Positions 42,806 to 58,509 of a stretch of DNA of 64,000 nt are shown here, in pieces. The notes beneath the pieces were generated by a model, which saw nothing but the letters and a program-made list of their open reading frames with translations, did no database searches and had not been told where the DNA came from. Numbering within the stretch: the stretch's first letter is position 1; each line of letters begins with the position of its first letter. The stretch lies in assembly GCF_009914755.1 (NCBI RefSeq), contig NC_060931.1; one strand, 5' to 3'. Made by a program: the position numbers and the translations under genes. This DNA comes from the human T2T-CHM13v2.0 reference genome, Homo sapiens.

Positions 42806-43027
42806 CTGTATCTGGTTCAATGTAAAATTTGGGAGGTGTTCCCAAATTGCCTCCAACAACGGTATATTCCATATTATTAAATGGCCAGTCTGCATCGGTA
42901 AATGTAACTTTTCCAACTAGTGTATCAACTGGACTATTTTCAAATACACTGAAGGTAAATGCTGACGCACTTCCAATTGGATTCAGTTCATTTATGCGAC
43001 TCACCCTTACAATGACTGTAATAATTG
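42806..43027 (-). pseudogene. Cadherin pseudogene exon I (222 nt, phase 1-1)
   Basis: ctttcttttccatag| TIITVIVRVSRINELNPIGSASAFTFSVFENSPVDTLVGKVTFTDADWPFNNMEYTVVGGNLGTPPKFYIEPDT G|gtattg; ORF 42687..43004. Confidence 0.92.
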
Positions 43028-43789
43028 CTATGGAAAAGAAAGCACGTAAAAATGCAGCTTAGGCAATAATGTGTCTTCTTCAATAATCCTTTTTTTCTTT
43101 TATTTTTTAATTAACACCTCATATTATATATTACATTTATTATATTTTATACTAAAATCTCAGGGCATAAATTATACATTTATATTGATAAGTTTTAACA
43201 TTAAATTATTGCCTTTTCACTTATAAAGCATTTTAAAATAAGTTTAGGAGTAAAACATTCCATTGATTCTTTTTGAACACTTGTCAAAGCAATTGTCTTT
43301 TACAGTGTGTTTATATATAAATGCTACTATTCTGAATTAAAGATCATAGTTTCCAAAATCTGACATACTATTCACCAATTGAAATATAATTAAAATACTT
43401 CAGCATAATAATGAAATAAATGCTATTTACTATGAGAATCTGAGTATTAGTATTTTCTCTAAAGTAGAATAAACAAATAATTCCTTGAGAAAGATTTTAA
43501 ATACACAAGTATTCTAAAAATGTTGATTTTTGACATTGTCTTTTAATAACTGTAATGTGCTGTATTAAACATTTGGGTTTCATTCTCTCTAGTTTGTTTT
43601 TATGTAGACTCTCAGTTTTTAAATAGTTGTGCATGAGCACTAAATAGGTTAATATAAGAATATATTGCATACTTTAACAGATTATTGGAATACTTATAAA
43701 TATGACAAACTTCTCAGATCCAATTTTTAAATGCACTGGGTGTTTTCTATGTCAAACTATTTTAATATTTCAAATTGGTAATTTCTTAC

Positions 43790-43895
43790 TTGATAGTACA
43801 GGACTTCCTTCATTAGACACTTTCACAAACAATGTATGTTTGAAATGCACTCCTGCAAAAATAGCATTATCAAAATCTAGATGTCTAGGTCCAAT
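43790..43895 (-). pseudogene. Cadherin pseudogene exon H (106 nt, phase 0-1)
   Basis: tttttcatctacag| IGPRHLDFDNAIFAGVHFKHTLFVKVSNEGSPVLS |gtaaga. Confidence 0.88.
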
Positions 43896-44033
43896 CTGTA
43901 GATGAAAAACAGTATATCAATGGTTCACTTTGTTTTCTTTGGTTAAAACTCTCTTTTGTCATTTACATGAATCCAAAATGAAGACATATGAAACTTATAT
44001 TGGTAACTAATTAGTGAAAGTGATATTCTAGAA

Positions 44034-44360
44034 CAGCACTGTCCAATGGGAATATAACGTGAGCCATAAATGTGTGCCACCTATGAAATTTAAACCTTTC
44101 TAGTAGCCATATTTTAAAATACACATAAACAGTAAAATTAATTTTAATAAAGTATTTTATTTAATCAAACATATCCCAAATACTACCATTTTAAATTACA
44201 ATCAATATCAAAAATACTGATATGTTTACATGTTTGTTCATTCTAATTCTATGAAATTCATTGCTTAATTGAAAACTGTAGCATATCTTAATTTGGACAA
44301 AACATATTTCCTGAGCTCAAAGGCATATGTAGATAGTGGATTCCGTACTGGAGAGCAAAG
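44034..44360. mobile_element. MER33-like hAT-Charlie element
   Basis: cagcactgtccaat...tgagcca...ttctagtagcca...gtactggagagc; about 325 bp. Confidence 0.75.
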
Positions 44361-45849
44361 TTTTATATAATATACAACTATAAATTTATTGCAAAACTAA
44401 GATGATATTACTGTATATTCTGGAACTTTGTAATTACCATACATTGTAAAAATATGCTAAAAGCAAACGTAGGGTGTCATATTTATGTGCATTTGTTCAG
44501 CCTGATTCATTTGTCATAGATTGCCATTTTCTTATACATTCTCTTCATAAACAGTTACTATGATGTGTAAAAAGTAGTCGTCATGAATTTGTGTTCTTTT
44601 GAAATGAGTTAGATCTGGGTTAGTATTAGTGGAAATAATCTGTAGGCAGCAAGCTTTGAATTGCCAGCTTCAAAATTATGCGAAAACAGAACTTGAGATC
44701 CATTCTGCTGGGAGAGGTCAAAGCATCTCATATTTTTGCTCTTTCACTTTACTCTCCTGGGAAGAATGTGCAGGGCAGGCATGATGCTTTCAGGATCTTT
44801 AATAACGTTAAATACAAAGGGAAGTGGCAAGAGTCTTCCCCTTCACAATCCTCAGGGTGGTTGTAGCCTAGAGTACGTCTAGGGCCATCCAAGGGGAGGA
44901 GTGGAAAGAATGTGATTGCGTGCTGTGTCTTCAGTTCTTCTGAGGTCTTTTTTGTGCCTCAGCCACATTCACATTAACTATTTTTCTCAACAAACAGCCA
45001 ATACCTATTAGGGAGGGAAGTTATGTGTAGCAACTGGATGCTGAGTTCGTGCAAAAAAGGATAGGTGAATAAAACTGTTTTCTTAAAATTCTACAATGTT
45101 CCCAGTATTATAGAAATCAGAGTCTGTAAATGAATTAGTCAAATGGGGGAAAATAGTTTTTCATCAATGAAGTAGCATATTAAGTGATCTCTAAGGTGCT
45201 TTTCAATATTAGAATTCTGTAGTCTATATTCTAAATAGATAAAGAAAAGTAAAGAGAACAATGGCACTGAATCATATATCAGTCAGGAAGTTAATAATTT
45301 ACACCAGTAATTATTTTGTAAATTTATTGTATGCCTTTTCGATCTATCGATATTGAGAGAATATGAAAATACAGAAATAAATTTAGCAATGAAAAGAACT
45401 ACAACTACAATAAGGAAATAGCCAGAGGCAGACACAGCATCTATGGAAATTCTGTATGTGTCAGAGATAGCATTAGAAGTCTGTAGAAATATCACTGTGA
45501 CAGTAGGTGCTCCAAATAGTGAAAAATAATTAATTGCATTCCTACTTTACTGCAGATCACAAAATAAGTTCTTTTACATTTAGAAAAAGTTAAATATGAA
45601 AGGCCACTTGTAAAAATATTTACAAGAAAATATAGGATATTTTCCAAAATATCAGAGTATATCACACCAACAATAACAAAACAAGAATGGATAAAGACAT
45701 GATTATGCTTTTCACACAAAGGAAATACAAATATTTAATGTTTATCCACAGAATTGGTGAATATATGGAATGATGTGCAATCTCATTATCAATCAGGCAG
45801 AAACATGTTAAACGATGTGACAGTAGAAGTTATTATAAGAATATTGCTC

Positions 45850-46540
45850 AAGAGCAATGCATATCCATTTCAGGTGACAGTATAAGCTGGTACAACCTCT
45901 TTGGAAAGCAACTTGGCACTAACTCATATAGTTGAACATTTAAAAACATTATAACATGGCAGTTCTGTTCTGGGGGCACTAAGAGAAACACACAAGAATG
46001 TTCATTACAATGATACACATAACACACAAAAACCAGGAGGAAATTCAAATCTCTACCAATGGGAGAATGGTTATAGTCACACAATGGAATATTAAGATAT
46101 ATAATGGGACATTACAGCAACTAAGTGACTGATAGGTAGATAGACAGATAGATGATAGCTATGATAAACGAGTACTCCCTGTTTGACTCAAACACGTAAT
46201 GAATCAAATATCAATCACAGAAGACTGCATAGATATACCACGTTTTTAAAGTTCAAGAACTAAGCAAACATAACCATGTTATCTAGTAATATGTACATTG
46301 ATGACAAAACTCTAAAATCCCCAAGTAATGACAAACACAAAATTCAGGATATTGGTTGTGTCTAGAAGACAAGCAGAGGGATGGCAAAGGGTGGCAGCAC
46401 AGCTGTTAGTAATATTCTAATTCTGAAGTGAGATGATGGGCTCAGGGGTTCATTTTATTGCTATGCTTTATTACTTGCAAATATGTTACTTATGTTATCT
46501 AATATCAAATATTACATCATAAAATAATAATTAAAAAATG
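45850..46540 (+). mobile_element. L1ME-type 3' fragment
   Basis: tggtacaacctctttggaaagcaacttggca...cacaaaattcaggat. Confidence 0.65.
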
Positions 46541-47764
46541 AATTGACTAGTAAAAATATATTGGGGTGTTTTTCAGGTCAATGCTCATTAAAGAGAAATA
46601 ACCTCATAAAATACATGATTAGTAATACTGACTTAAATAAATATTCATTTTTTATTATTTTATTAATAAGTTCAATATATTGCATATGAAATCATTTGGA
46701 TTCATTAAATAGTAATTCATTGTTAAACATTACAATTACATGGCTATCACTGGTACCCTGGTGAATATCATTCCTCAATGAGTAAAGGTAAATTTAAAGT
46801 TAATATCTACTAGTCTACTAGAGCTGTAATCATTATTTTAACATAAAATTCTTGATGCTTATTATAAATCATAGTTTTGAGTGACTGCTAAGCTCTTTTT
46901 ATCTCATTAATATAATACACATGCCAATGTATGGCATCTAAGAACAAATGTTTTATTTTTAATTTTTTAAAATTTGTATTTTAATTATGCCCTTTTATGA
47001 GTTTAAAACTCAAACATCATTGGAAAGCCAAACACATGTTCTATGTTCTTCTAGTAAATGTTTATTCCCTAAGCATTAAAATTGTGTCAGTTTCTTTTTT
47101 TACACACTAGCTTCTTTTCTCTAGCTGCTTTAAGATAAGGATGTTGCCACTTTATGACTCTTTTTGAACTTAATCACCCTTTGAGAAAAATACTATTGTT
47201 CTCATTCCAATAATAGTTGGAAAAAAGAAAAAGAGGTTATACCATATGCCAGGGAATTTAATAAAGATTAATATTTCATAATTTTCAGGCAAAGGTAGAA
47301 AGCCATCATAAAATACTCTGGGTCAATAGTTTTGCTTCTAGGAAATTTATGTGGCTGGTTTTATGATTTTAGTCAAATTAGAACAGGTCCACTACAAAAA
47401 TTTTGTTGTTGTTTACTCATGTATTTTGTGTGCTTGTTTTATTTGTTTTCTTCTTGTTAGAGTTGCATGAATAAGGGAGATTCAAAGAAATGTTATTCAG
47501 TGCCATGATCTTCATATTCCTAATTGAGGATATTTTTAATGTTTTATTATTTTCAATGTTTATCAGGATACAAATGTAATATATGTAGTTTACAAGTATC
47601 TGTTTTGATATTCTAGTCATATCAACAATATATTCTAATTGCAAGGAATTATGAAAATGTGGCATTGATGCATCTGGCAATAATGTTACTAAATCCTGTC
47701 AATGTCTTACAAAAATGACTTTTACAGTATAATTTTGTTCATTTTATTTACTCATTCATTCAGT

Positions 47765-48030
47765 ATTTTATTTTTTATTGATACATAGTGTACATATTTT
47801 GGGGTACATGCAACAATATATTTGTATGATTTGTAAAGATCAAATCAGTATAATTGGGATATCCATCACCTTAAATATTTGTCTTTTCTTTACACTAGAA
47901 ATATCCATATTATTTTCTTCTATTTTGAATTATACAATGGATTATTGTAAACTACTGTCACCCTACTGATGAAACACTAGGTCTTATTTCTTCTATCAAA
48001 TGGTAGATTTGTACCCATTAATTGCTCATT
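47765..48030 (-). mobile_element. L1MA-type 3' end fragment
   Basis: tgtacatattttggggtacatg...atcaaatcag...gggatatccatcacct. Confidence 0.75.
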
Positions 48031-48886
48031 AATAAATATATATATCTCTAAAAACACTGAATATATGTCAGAAACTAGTTTAATAACAGATTTTTTTCTT
48101 TTACCATCTAATGGGAGAAACAGATGGAATGTGTGATTAGTGCTATGGTTGGAGAGATACAAAATGCTGCAAGAACCCAATGAGACGTGCCTAATCCAGA
48201 CAAGAGGGAGAAGAAGTATTAGGGATGGCTCTTAAAAGAAACAATCTCTAAACAAAACCATGAGGGTTATGCAAAAGTGTGTGAGTACTGGGGATACAAC
48301 ATAACTGAGGAGGAATTTCTAGCAGTATGAATAGCATGAACAACAGGACAAAAAGGCAGAGGTGAAGGACATCCATTGTTTTAAGATTGTGAAAGTGGTT
48401 CTGTGCCTCTCAGCCACAAAGTATAAGACAGAGAATGATAATGTTAGGGGTTTGTGTGAAATGCAACTTGGATAGAGGTCCATTTACAATGAATTCAGTA
48501 TCAAAATAAGGTAAAAAAGAAGTGCTTGTTACCTGTGTCTACTCATCCAGACCATGTTTGGTTTCTTATCAGTTAATGAAAACAAACTCAACATGGGTTT
48601 GAACAACTTTTTTCACACCAATGTTCAGCCATTACCCAGGAATCTTTGTTGAACACAATGTCTAATCTAACCCCACCTATTCTTTTAAAAATATGTGAGT
48701 ATAACAACATATAGCCTGACTTAGGTCTCAAAATTTATTGGAAATAAAGTTCTAAATTTCTTTAATTGGTAAAATATTTGAGCTATGGTACATCCCAGAA
48801 TACAGTAATAAAGTATGCATATTAATTATCTTCATATACCATATTTGATAGTTATTGAATATATTTATTAAAAGTAACTATGGTAG

Positions 48887-49676
48887 TGATATGGACAGGA
48901 GGCAGGGAAATACTGGGTAGAAGAGGGTGGTCCCCGGCTAAGGCTACACCCCCAAGCCTGGGACTATGGCCCAAAGTGAGCACATGTATTCCTGTTTTCC
49001 CATCCAAATGTTGCCTTTTCCAAAACCATCCTGGCCTGCCCCGCCCCCCATCCTGTACCCATAACCCCAGGCTCCACTGGTAGAGGGGCAGCAGAGCAGC
49101 AAAGTGGCTGAGCAGCAGAGAAGGAGAGAAGAAAAGCAGCAGCTGGACATCAGAGAGAACAGCTTGACAGCGGGACTTCAGAGTTCAGTTGGGGCCAAAT
49201 TCCAGGGGAAGACCACCTTCCCACTCCATCCCCTTTCCCGCTCCCCATCCCACTGAGAGTCACTTCCACCACTCAGTAAGCTCTTCTACATTTACCACTC
49301 TTCAGTTCATTTGTGCAGCCTGATTCTTCCTGGATGCTGGACAAGAACTTGGGTACCAAGAGGATGGGTGTGAAAGGCTGTCACCCTGACCCTCCACTGA
49401 GCTGTTAAGCACTTAAGCTGTACATGGACAGCAAAGCTAAAAGAGCACACTGTAACACACGCCCTCTGGGGCTCTGGGGTCACAGGTACCCCCTTAGACG
49501 CCATGGGGAAGCACAGAGTTGTACTCCTGCCAGTGCCCAGAGGCATGAGTTCCAGCCCCTGCACCCACTCACCTGCATGCTCGCCATCCTGTGAGGGGTT
49601 GAGAGCTGAGGGCTGAGCAAATGAGCCACCCCCTTCGCAAGTCCTGCATAGGGGTCAAGGGAATGGTCCCGTTTCA
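48887..49676 (+). mobile_element. LTR1-family solo LTR, 790 bp, in the intron between exons G and H
   Basis: tgatatggacaggaggcagggaaatactgggtagaagaggg...cccgtttca; perfect 4-bp TSD gtag; homologous to 17653..18414. Confidence 0.87.
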
Positions 49677-49971
49677 GTAGTTTTGGCACATTCCAAAGAA
49701 ATAGACAGTATTTTATTATAGAGCCATTTGTTTTAGGAAATTTATAACCTTCCTAGTTCAGTTCCAAAGATCAAAATTGCATTCCAGCATTCATCTCAAA
49801 CTAAGATATGTTGTTGGTAATTTAAGGTTCAATTAAAAATCCAGGAACAAATTCTGCCATCAGCTATTTGAATTACTGTAGTTCATTAAGAATTTTATAA
49901 TCATGAAAATAAAATATTTTTCTATCTAAGGTTAATCACAGGGGCACAATCAGAGAGCAACTTAAAAATAC

Positions 49972-50128
49972 TCTCAGTTCATTGTTTGTGAGGGTAAATG
50001 TTCCATTTGAAAAGGCATCCACAATCAAATGATACGTTATATTGTTATTGGGAGCAGTTCCATCCTTATCTGTACAAGTTAGAGAGACTAAAAGAGTTTC
50101 AACTGGGATGTTTTCAGGATGTTCAATT
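49972..50128 (-). pseudogene. Cadherin pseudogene exon G (157 nt, phase 2-0)
   Basis: ctactcatttcag| IEHPENIPVETLLVSLTCTDKDGTAPNNNITYHLIVDAFSNGTFTLTNNELR |gtattt (weak donor); ORF 49936..50166. Confidence 0.88.
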
Positions 50129-50559
50129 CTGAAATGAGTAGAATATGGAAAAATGTGGTATAACATGTTAATCTAGATTTATGCAGATGATAATATTTAA
50201 TAGATGTTTTAAAATGTGCTCATATTTTAAATAGTCACTTCTGCCAATAAGAAAAGTACAGTGTTGATGAAAAATTGTGTAAGATAAGAAATTATTCGGC
50301 ATCCTTGCTGAGGCTAAGGGAATTGAATTGCTATTATGCTGGATGAATAAGCAGCAACTTTAGTATTATGCACACATATTATCATTGAACAAAATGGAAA
50401 TTAGTATCTCCGATTAATAATTTTATATTTATAAATGCTAGACCTCTATGTGATCTCTTGAGATTAAATATTCCATGCTTTTTCTTTACTCAGATAATAT
50501 ATACTTGTCTCCCACTTAAAAATAAGAAAACTGAGAACTATTGACTATTAAATTTGATG

Positions 50560-50967
50560 GTTAGCAGGGACTGTTTATTCTTACCAATATTCCTGTGTCC
50601 CTCTACATATCCCAGTTTCCCTACAGCTACTGAAGTAGGCTACGTGAGATGTGCTGGCAAATGAAATGCAAGTGGAAATGCATTATATCAGTTCTAGGTA
50701 TGATGATTAAAATTTGGGGGTACCTTCCACATGCTGTCTTTCTCACTTCTCTTCATATGGTTGGGAGCACAAGGCAACATACTGCAAAGCCAAACAATTG
50801 AGTAGTCTAGGATCCCTGAGTCACAGCACAGAGTGCCACACAGTAGAGCCCACCAACCTGCACTACTCTTTGCATAAGGGGCAAAGAAATGCTTATTGGG
50901 TTTAGCCAATGATATATACATATGTTATTTTTTAAAACAGCAATCAGTGGTATCTTGACTAGTACAC
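50560..50967 (+). mobile_element. Old MLT1 (MaLR) LTR
   Basis: ggcaaatgaaatgcaagtggaaatg...ggatccctgagtcac...ttgactagtaca. Confidence 0.55.
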
Positions 50968-52330
50968 AAAATTATAATGGTATTTTTCTCTTTTTTAAAA
51001 GAATACATCTAATGTTAAGCATTTAAAATACCTTAGAATTAAAATAATAGAGGAATAAAAGGTGAGTTGTCTAATTTGTTAACATGAAAAATGTTTTAGA
51101 AACAAAAAATTCTAATACCTTCCAATATGAATCTGTAGACTACTAGCTGGAATAGAAAGTAAAAGCAAACAACTATTGGAGTGGCTACAGAATTCTTCTT
51201 TGTTCTTTGGCCTTTTGGTTTTATCAGAACATCTCTGACAAAAAGTTTACAAACAAACTAAAAGTTGATTTTTGAGTATAATGGAGCAATGGCACCATTT
51301 TTGTATGTGGATTTTCGACATTTTTTATTATAAAGTGATCAAATATATCCCTGCATTTGTATTTATAAAATATTGTTTTCAGTGGGAGAAAGTAATTCAA
51401 GCGTAGACCACCAAAAACCTTTTATAATGTATTATAAAATATCATTTATGCTATGAAAGTGAAAATTTTAAGTAAGCAGGAGCTTTTATTGTTCAACTTG
51501 CAGGACTATCAAAATTCTACTGCGTATAATTTATTTTAGGTCCATCTAAATAGTCTTTTGTTGCTGGAAGCACAGACTGCTATGGTTTTCCACAAATTTT
51601 CTATATGATATATAATAGTATTGATCATCATGTGATCATTATTAATAACAGATTATCACATGATCTGTTAATTCTGTAATCACACACTGTTGGAAAGAGA
51701 TATGTTACCAGAATATCAAAGAAGAGTATGTTACCAGATTACTCCTAGACTAAGTTAAGTCTTTTTGAGCCCTCCAGTATTCTGCAGAGAACAATACACT
51801 AAGGATCAGAAAATCTAGGTTTCAGGATCCAGCCCACTATGTATTAACTGTGTAAACTTTGTGAGTAAATGAACTCCATTTTAATAATAGAAATAACATA
51901 TCATACTTGCATTTTAAATTTCTATGTAATTTAAAAGCCAGAACAAAGAAAGTAAGTTTGTATGTGGCTTTAGAGCTATCATTAAGTTAATGTCAGTAAA
52001 ATACAAAACGAATTATACCCTTGCATTTATACAAATATATGATTTCTAATATAATAGCTCTTTTATCTCCCTGAAAGCATGAGCTAAACAAAATAATCCT
52101 TTGGAATCCTTTCTAGCTTTAATTTTTATACTTTTTAAAGAATTAATAAAGCAGATTCACTTGTACCAGGTAGGAAATGGAAAGAGAAGCTGCATAGTGT
52201 CTGAAAATAAAGGAAAGAATGAAAGGCTTTGGCTTCATTCCAGGGATGGTACGATGCTTATCCATTTATTTTTCTCCTGCTTCTCTCTGTGCCAAAATCT
52301 GAAGACCAAACAATTAGTATCATAACTTAC

Positions 52331-52509
52331 ATGTAAATATCCTGCGAGCATTGAGGTGGATTGTTATTTACATCTTGTAGAAATACTGACTGTCCCAGTT
52401 GTTGAATGTATTCGCTCATTGTCATAAGCTCTAAAATATAATACCCAAGACTTTGGTGTGCCTATGTCTTCATAATCCAAAGGATAGGCAAGTGTGACCT
52501 CTCCTGAAC
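52331..52509 (-). pseudogene. Cadherin pseudogene exon F (179 nt; frameshifted, 181 or 178 nt expected for phase 1-2)
   Basis: ctgccttttag| GSGEVTLAYPLDYEDIGTPKSWVLYFRAYDNERIHSTTGTV /frameshift/ LQDVNNNPPQCSQDIY |gtaagt. Confidence 0.9.
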
Positions 52510-53639
52510 CTAAAAGGCAGGCAGATGCAAATTTTTTCTTTACTCATAAAATGAATAAGTTATAAATTAAAAATAGTGGCATGGATAAAATAGTTCTAAG
52601 GATAAAATAAAGGTCAGTCATTGATCTGATGAAACTCACACGCTAGTCACAACTGTGTATCTGTAAGGAATGGTGGTTGGGTAAGTGACCGGGAAAGAGA
52701 GAAGTCTTCTTAACTGCATATTTCAGAAAATATTTCATGGGAGGGTCATGGTGGGTGGAGTGGGGAGCACAGAGTGCAGGCTAGGCTGGGTGTTGAAAAA
52801 TGAGTACAGGAAATCCAGGCAGAGACGACTGAGGTGAGGTGGGGATGTTGAAGAGGGTGTAGGTGGAGTGGGTGACAGTAGGCAAAGAGAAAAACAACAG
52901 AAATCAACAAAAAGAAAAACTGACAATGTTTTCATTGGGAATTCCTTTTTAAATAATTTTATCCCATCTATATTTGCAGAGCACGTAACCCTTATGTGAA
53001 AGGTGCTCTCTCCTTTATAACCTTGATTTTTAATCTACAGGTAAAAATATAATTGATGGTCATTCTCATTTCCTGCGTTCTTAGTTTCTAGGTATTTTGG
53101 TTGTCTAGAGTGCATTCTCTAGCGGATGCATCAGGAAGAACTAATAGGAGATATTGTTTCCCATGTTCTCAAATTTTTATATGCTGCCTTTTATATATGA
53201 GGTCATTTTGCTGAATGTAAATTTGTTAAATCACATTTTGTGTCCTCAAGTTTCCTAAATTGTTACTCCGTTAACTTACAGAAAGGATTTATAGAAAAGT
53301 CTGTTAACAATGTATTAATATTATTCCCTTGTAGGTGACCTACTCTTTTTGCCTAAAGGCCCAAATACTTTTCTAAAAAATTAACATCTAATAGTTTATT
53401 AAAATCTGGCTCAGATTCAGCCATTATGGATTAGTTTTTCCAAGAACCTAGTTTGCCTTTTCAAATCTTTTATTTTAGGAATTTTTTTTGGATGATACCT
53501 CTGAGCATTTGTTGTATTCCTTTGCCTTTTGTTTGCTTCTTCAGGAATTTTTAGAACATGACTTAAGGCGTTGGCTCTTCTCTGCCTATCTTCTATAGCT
53601 CTCATTTTCTCTTTCATTTCTATTTTAGTATAATTATTA

Positions 53640-55235
<1,596 letters not shown>

Positions 55236-56086
55236 ATCTCTCCTACCATCCCCTTCTCACTGCCAGTTCTGGCACCCTTCTCTCTGTCTTTGTATCTCTC
55301 TCTCTCTCTCCCCTTAACTTCTGACTTGCCATACCGAACCTTCTCTCCACAAGTCATCTTCCTTCTCCTTCTCAGATTCTGGCTCTCTACCAGGAGATCT
55401 TTTGGCTGATATGATAGATGGTTTGGGTTTAACCCAGCTCTTTTCATGTGTGAAAATGTACATCACCTCTTAAAAAGAGAAGACATCTTTCTTTTCTTCT
55501 TCTTGTTGTTTTATATTTATGTCTTTAGGGTTAGAAACTCCAAACTTTTGGCCATGTGGAAGGTAGGTAGAGTTACAAATGTCAAAATCCAGCAGATTGA
55601 ATTCAAGTGCTGGTTCTGCCACAGAAATCAGCTGCATGAGCTTGGATAAATTAAAATATTTTCCAGGCATCATATGTATGTGAGAATTAGGAGAGTAAAA
55701 ACCCAAAGGGGTTATTATGTATGCAAAGTTATTATATATGTGATATATAATAAATATTCAATTTATGTTTACTACTGCTCTGGTTTCCATAGGAAAATTT
55801 ACTTCTCAGAGAAAAAAAAATCATACAATAAAATCCCAGGGAATGCTATTGTGAGTTCGAATTGTTTGGGAGCCTCCTGGAGCAACCAGATTATACAGAC
55901 CATTTCCATACTTCTGAGAAGGAAGAAATAATCATTTCTACCTCATGAAAATATGCTAAATATGCTGCTAAATATTTTAAAGATGGTTTCATCTTAATAG
56001 AATGATAATCAGGTTTATTTTTCACTAGTAAAAAACACTGTTGAATATATTTTATAAAATCATTCACAATAAAAATATTATTGTAC

Positions 56087-56232
56087 CTTCATTTATAGAA
56101 AATTATTTTTGTGTCCCTATAAGTTCATAATGTACCGAGTGCCTTATGTCTCTATCAGTTGCTGTCAACCTGACCAACTTTGTTCCAACAGACAGATTTT
56201 CATAAATATTCATAGGTGCATCTGGTATATAT
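56087..56232 (-). pseudogene. Cadherin pseudogene exon E (146 nt, phase 2-1) with in-frame stop
   Basis: ttttgtcccacag| YIPDAPMNIYENLSVGTKLVRLTATDRDIRHSVHYELIGTQK*FSINE G|gtacaa; TAA at 56103..56105. Confidence 0.9.
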
Positions 56233-56939
56233 CTGTGGGACAAAATGATTTTTTTTTATCAGTCAGTATAAACAAATGTATTTTTTCATTTATGTCACAC
56301 AGCAAATATTTTACATTTCATATAATATGTATTGTGTAACAGTTTCAAGTCTGGCCTTCTTAATGTTTTTTCATTGTACATTATTAAATCTATTAGAGAA
56401 TGTTCACATTTTATAAAATGAACTTAAATTTTCTTTTACCTGTATCCTTTTTTCAAGTCTTTCTGCTGATTGGTAAATGCTACTTTATTCCACATTACAA
56501 AATACTACAGACGTTTTTGCAATGATTTTCATTATTTTTGTGTTTGGTCATATGTCCATATCAGCAAGTGTTTTTTGCCCAAATTCTCTTAAATACCTAC
56601 ATTGACTTTGCAATATGAACATATCAATGTACATTTTCTAGAATATTTTCATTATTAAAAATAAATACCAGAAAAATATGAAGCTTTGGATTATTCCATC
56701 AAAAAAATATTGGTTCTCTTCTGTAGTTTCAAGGCTGAAATATAAATGAGTTGGCTTCCAGTGCATGTAAAAAGAGCAATAAAATACAACTCATCAAGGT
56801 TTACTTTCTAGATCACTTAAAATATTTTTAAAAAATTAACAGTGGAAACAATAGCCAAACACTGGTCTTTATCCTGCTATGAGAAAAATTTCTGTGGCTT
56901 AATCTTATCATTTAAATATTTAGATTACTCATTGCTTAC

Positions 56940-57052
56940 GTAAGAACAGGACTCTTATCATTGACATTCTGGACGTTGATACTGATGGTGCTAATGCATA
57001 ACTCCAAAGACAGGTTTTGCCTATTTCTCACAGCAATCACTAAATGGAAATG
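56940..57052 (-). pseudogene. Cadherin pseudogene exon D (113 nt, phase 0-2)
   Basis: ttatttatttcag| HFHLVIAVRNRQNLSLELCISTISINVQNVNDKSPVL(T) |gtaagc; NVND-x-x-P linker. Confidence 0.9.
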
Positions 57053-57093
57053 CTGAAATAAATAAGAGAAGCTATAATGTGGGGTTTTTTTTA

Positions 57094-57425
<332 letters not shown>

Positions 57426-58395
57426 AAAATGGCAATATGTACTTTCTCAATAAAGTTAATCCTGAACTTTGTATGAGAGAACAAAGAAAACGAACAAAGG
57501 CAATTTGTTTAGGAGTGAATGGAAAACAGCAAAGTTGACTATAGGAGAAATGATCCTATAATACCAGGGTGGAAAGTATTATTATAAGCAACTAGCCAAA
57601 TGTCCTGGAAAAATAGTTGTTGCTTTTTTTTTTCTTCAACTCTCACATAGTGGTGTTATCTCACTATGGATAAGTTCTGGCCAAAACATTTGCAGTTTAG
57701 AAAGTCATGTTTTAGTTAAGATGATGTTAAAACAAACAAACACAACAACAAAACACAACAACATCAACAACAACAGACAGCCTGATAAGTCTACTACTGG
57801 AAATGTTGAGAATTGCTTAAAGAAACTGGAAAACATTTGAAATTTAAATAGTCTCATTTTCCAGGATGATTTGGTAGGAAAAAATGATTTGTTATGTGTT
57901 TTCATCTCCTTATACCTCACCCTTCTTTCCAATTATTTGCAAATTTCAAATTTGATCAGGACATTGCAGGGGAAAAAGGCCACACCAGGTCTCCACAATC
58001 ACATAAAGCCAAAGAGAGAGGCACTTTTTTAGATAATTCAAGACTAAAGAAGTGTACTTTTATTTAATTACCCAGAACATTGCCTCTGTTCCATGCTGTT
58101 GAATATGAAGACAATCCCTTCTCCAACTTTTATATACAGCCACAGAAACACACACAATGATTGAAATAATATTTAACTAAGGTCTAATGAAAAAGTACAC
58201 ATAATGAATCACATAAGCGTCTAAATTTATTTTCTTTTAAAATGAATTTCTGCTTGATCTCAGTGAATATGAAAATGCAATTACATAAATTTGATAACTT
58301 TTTATTTCAACTTAGATATGTTTTTAAAAATTATTTTATTGAAGGGTATTTAAAGGTATTCATTGTTTTATATTCAGTTTTATAATTAGTCTCAC

Positions 58396-58509
58396 CTTAG
58401 GATTTGTTTCATAGTCCAAAAGAGGTTCAGTGGTTTTAGAAATAACACCATTATGCGAATCCAAAGCAAAGTAGGCAGTGGCATTAATTGAAGAATTTAA
58501 TATTAAAAA
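58396..58509 (-). pseudogene. Cadherin pseudogene exon C (114 nt, phase 0-0)
   Basis: gtgttgcag| FLILNSSINATAYFALDSHNGVISKTTEPLLDYETNPK |gtgaga; LDYE motif; not in the ORF track. Confidence 0.9.

Noticed and set aside
52740-52880. G-rich stretch as a G-quadruplex
   Set aside because: Four closely spaced GGG runs are not present.
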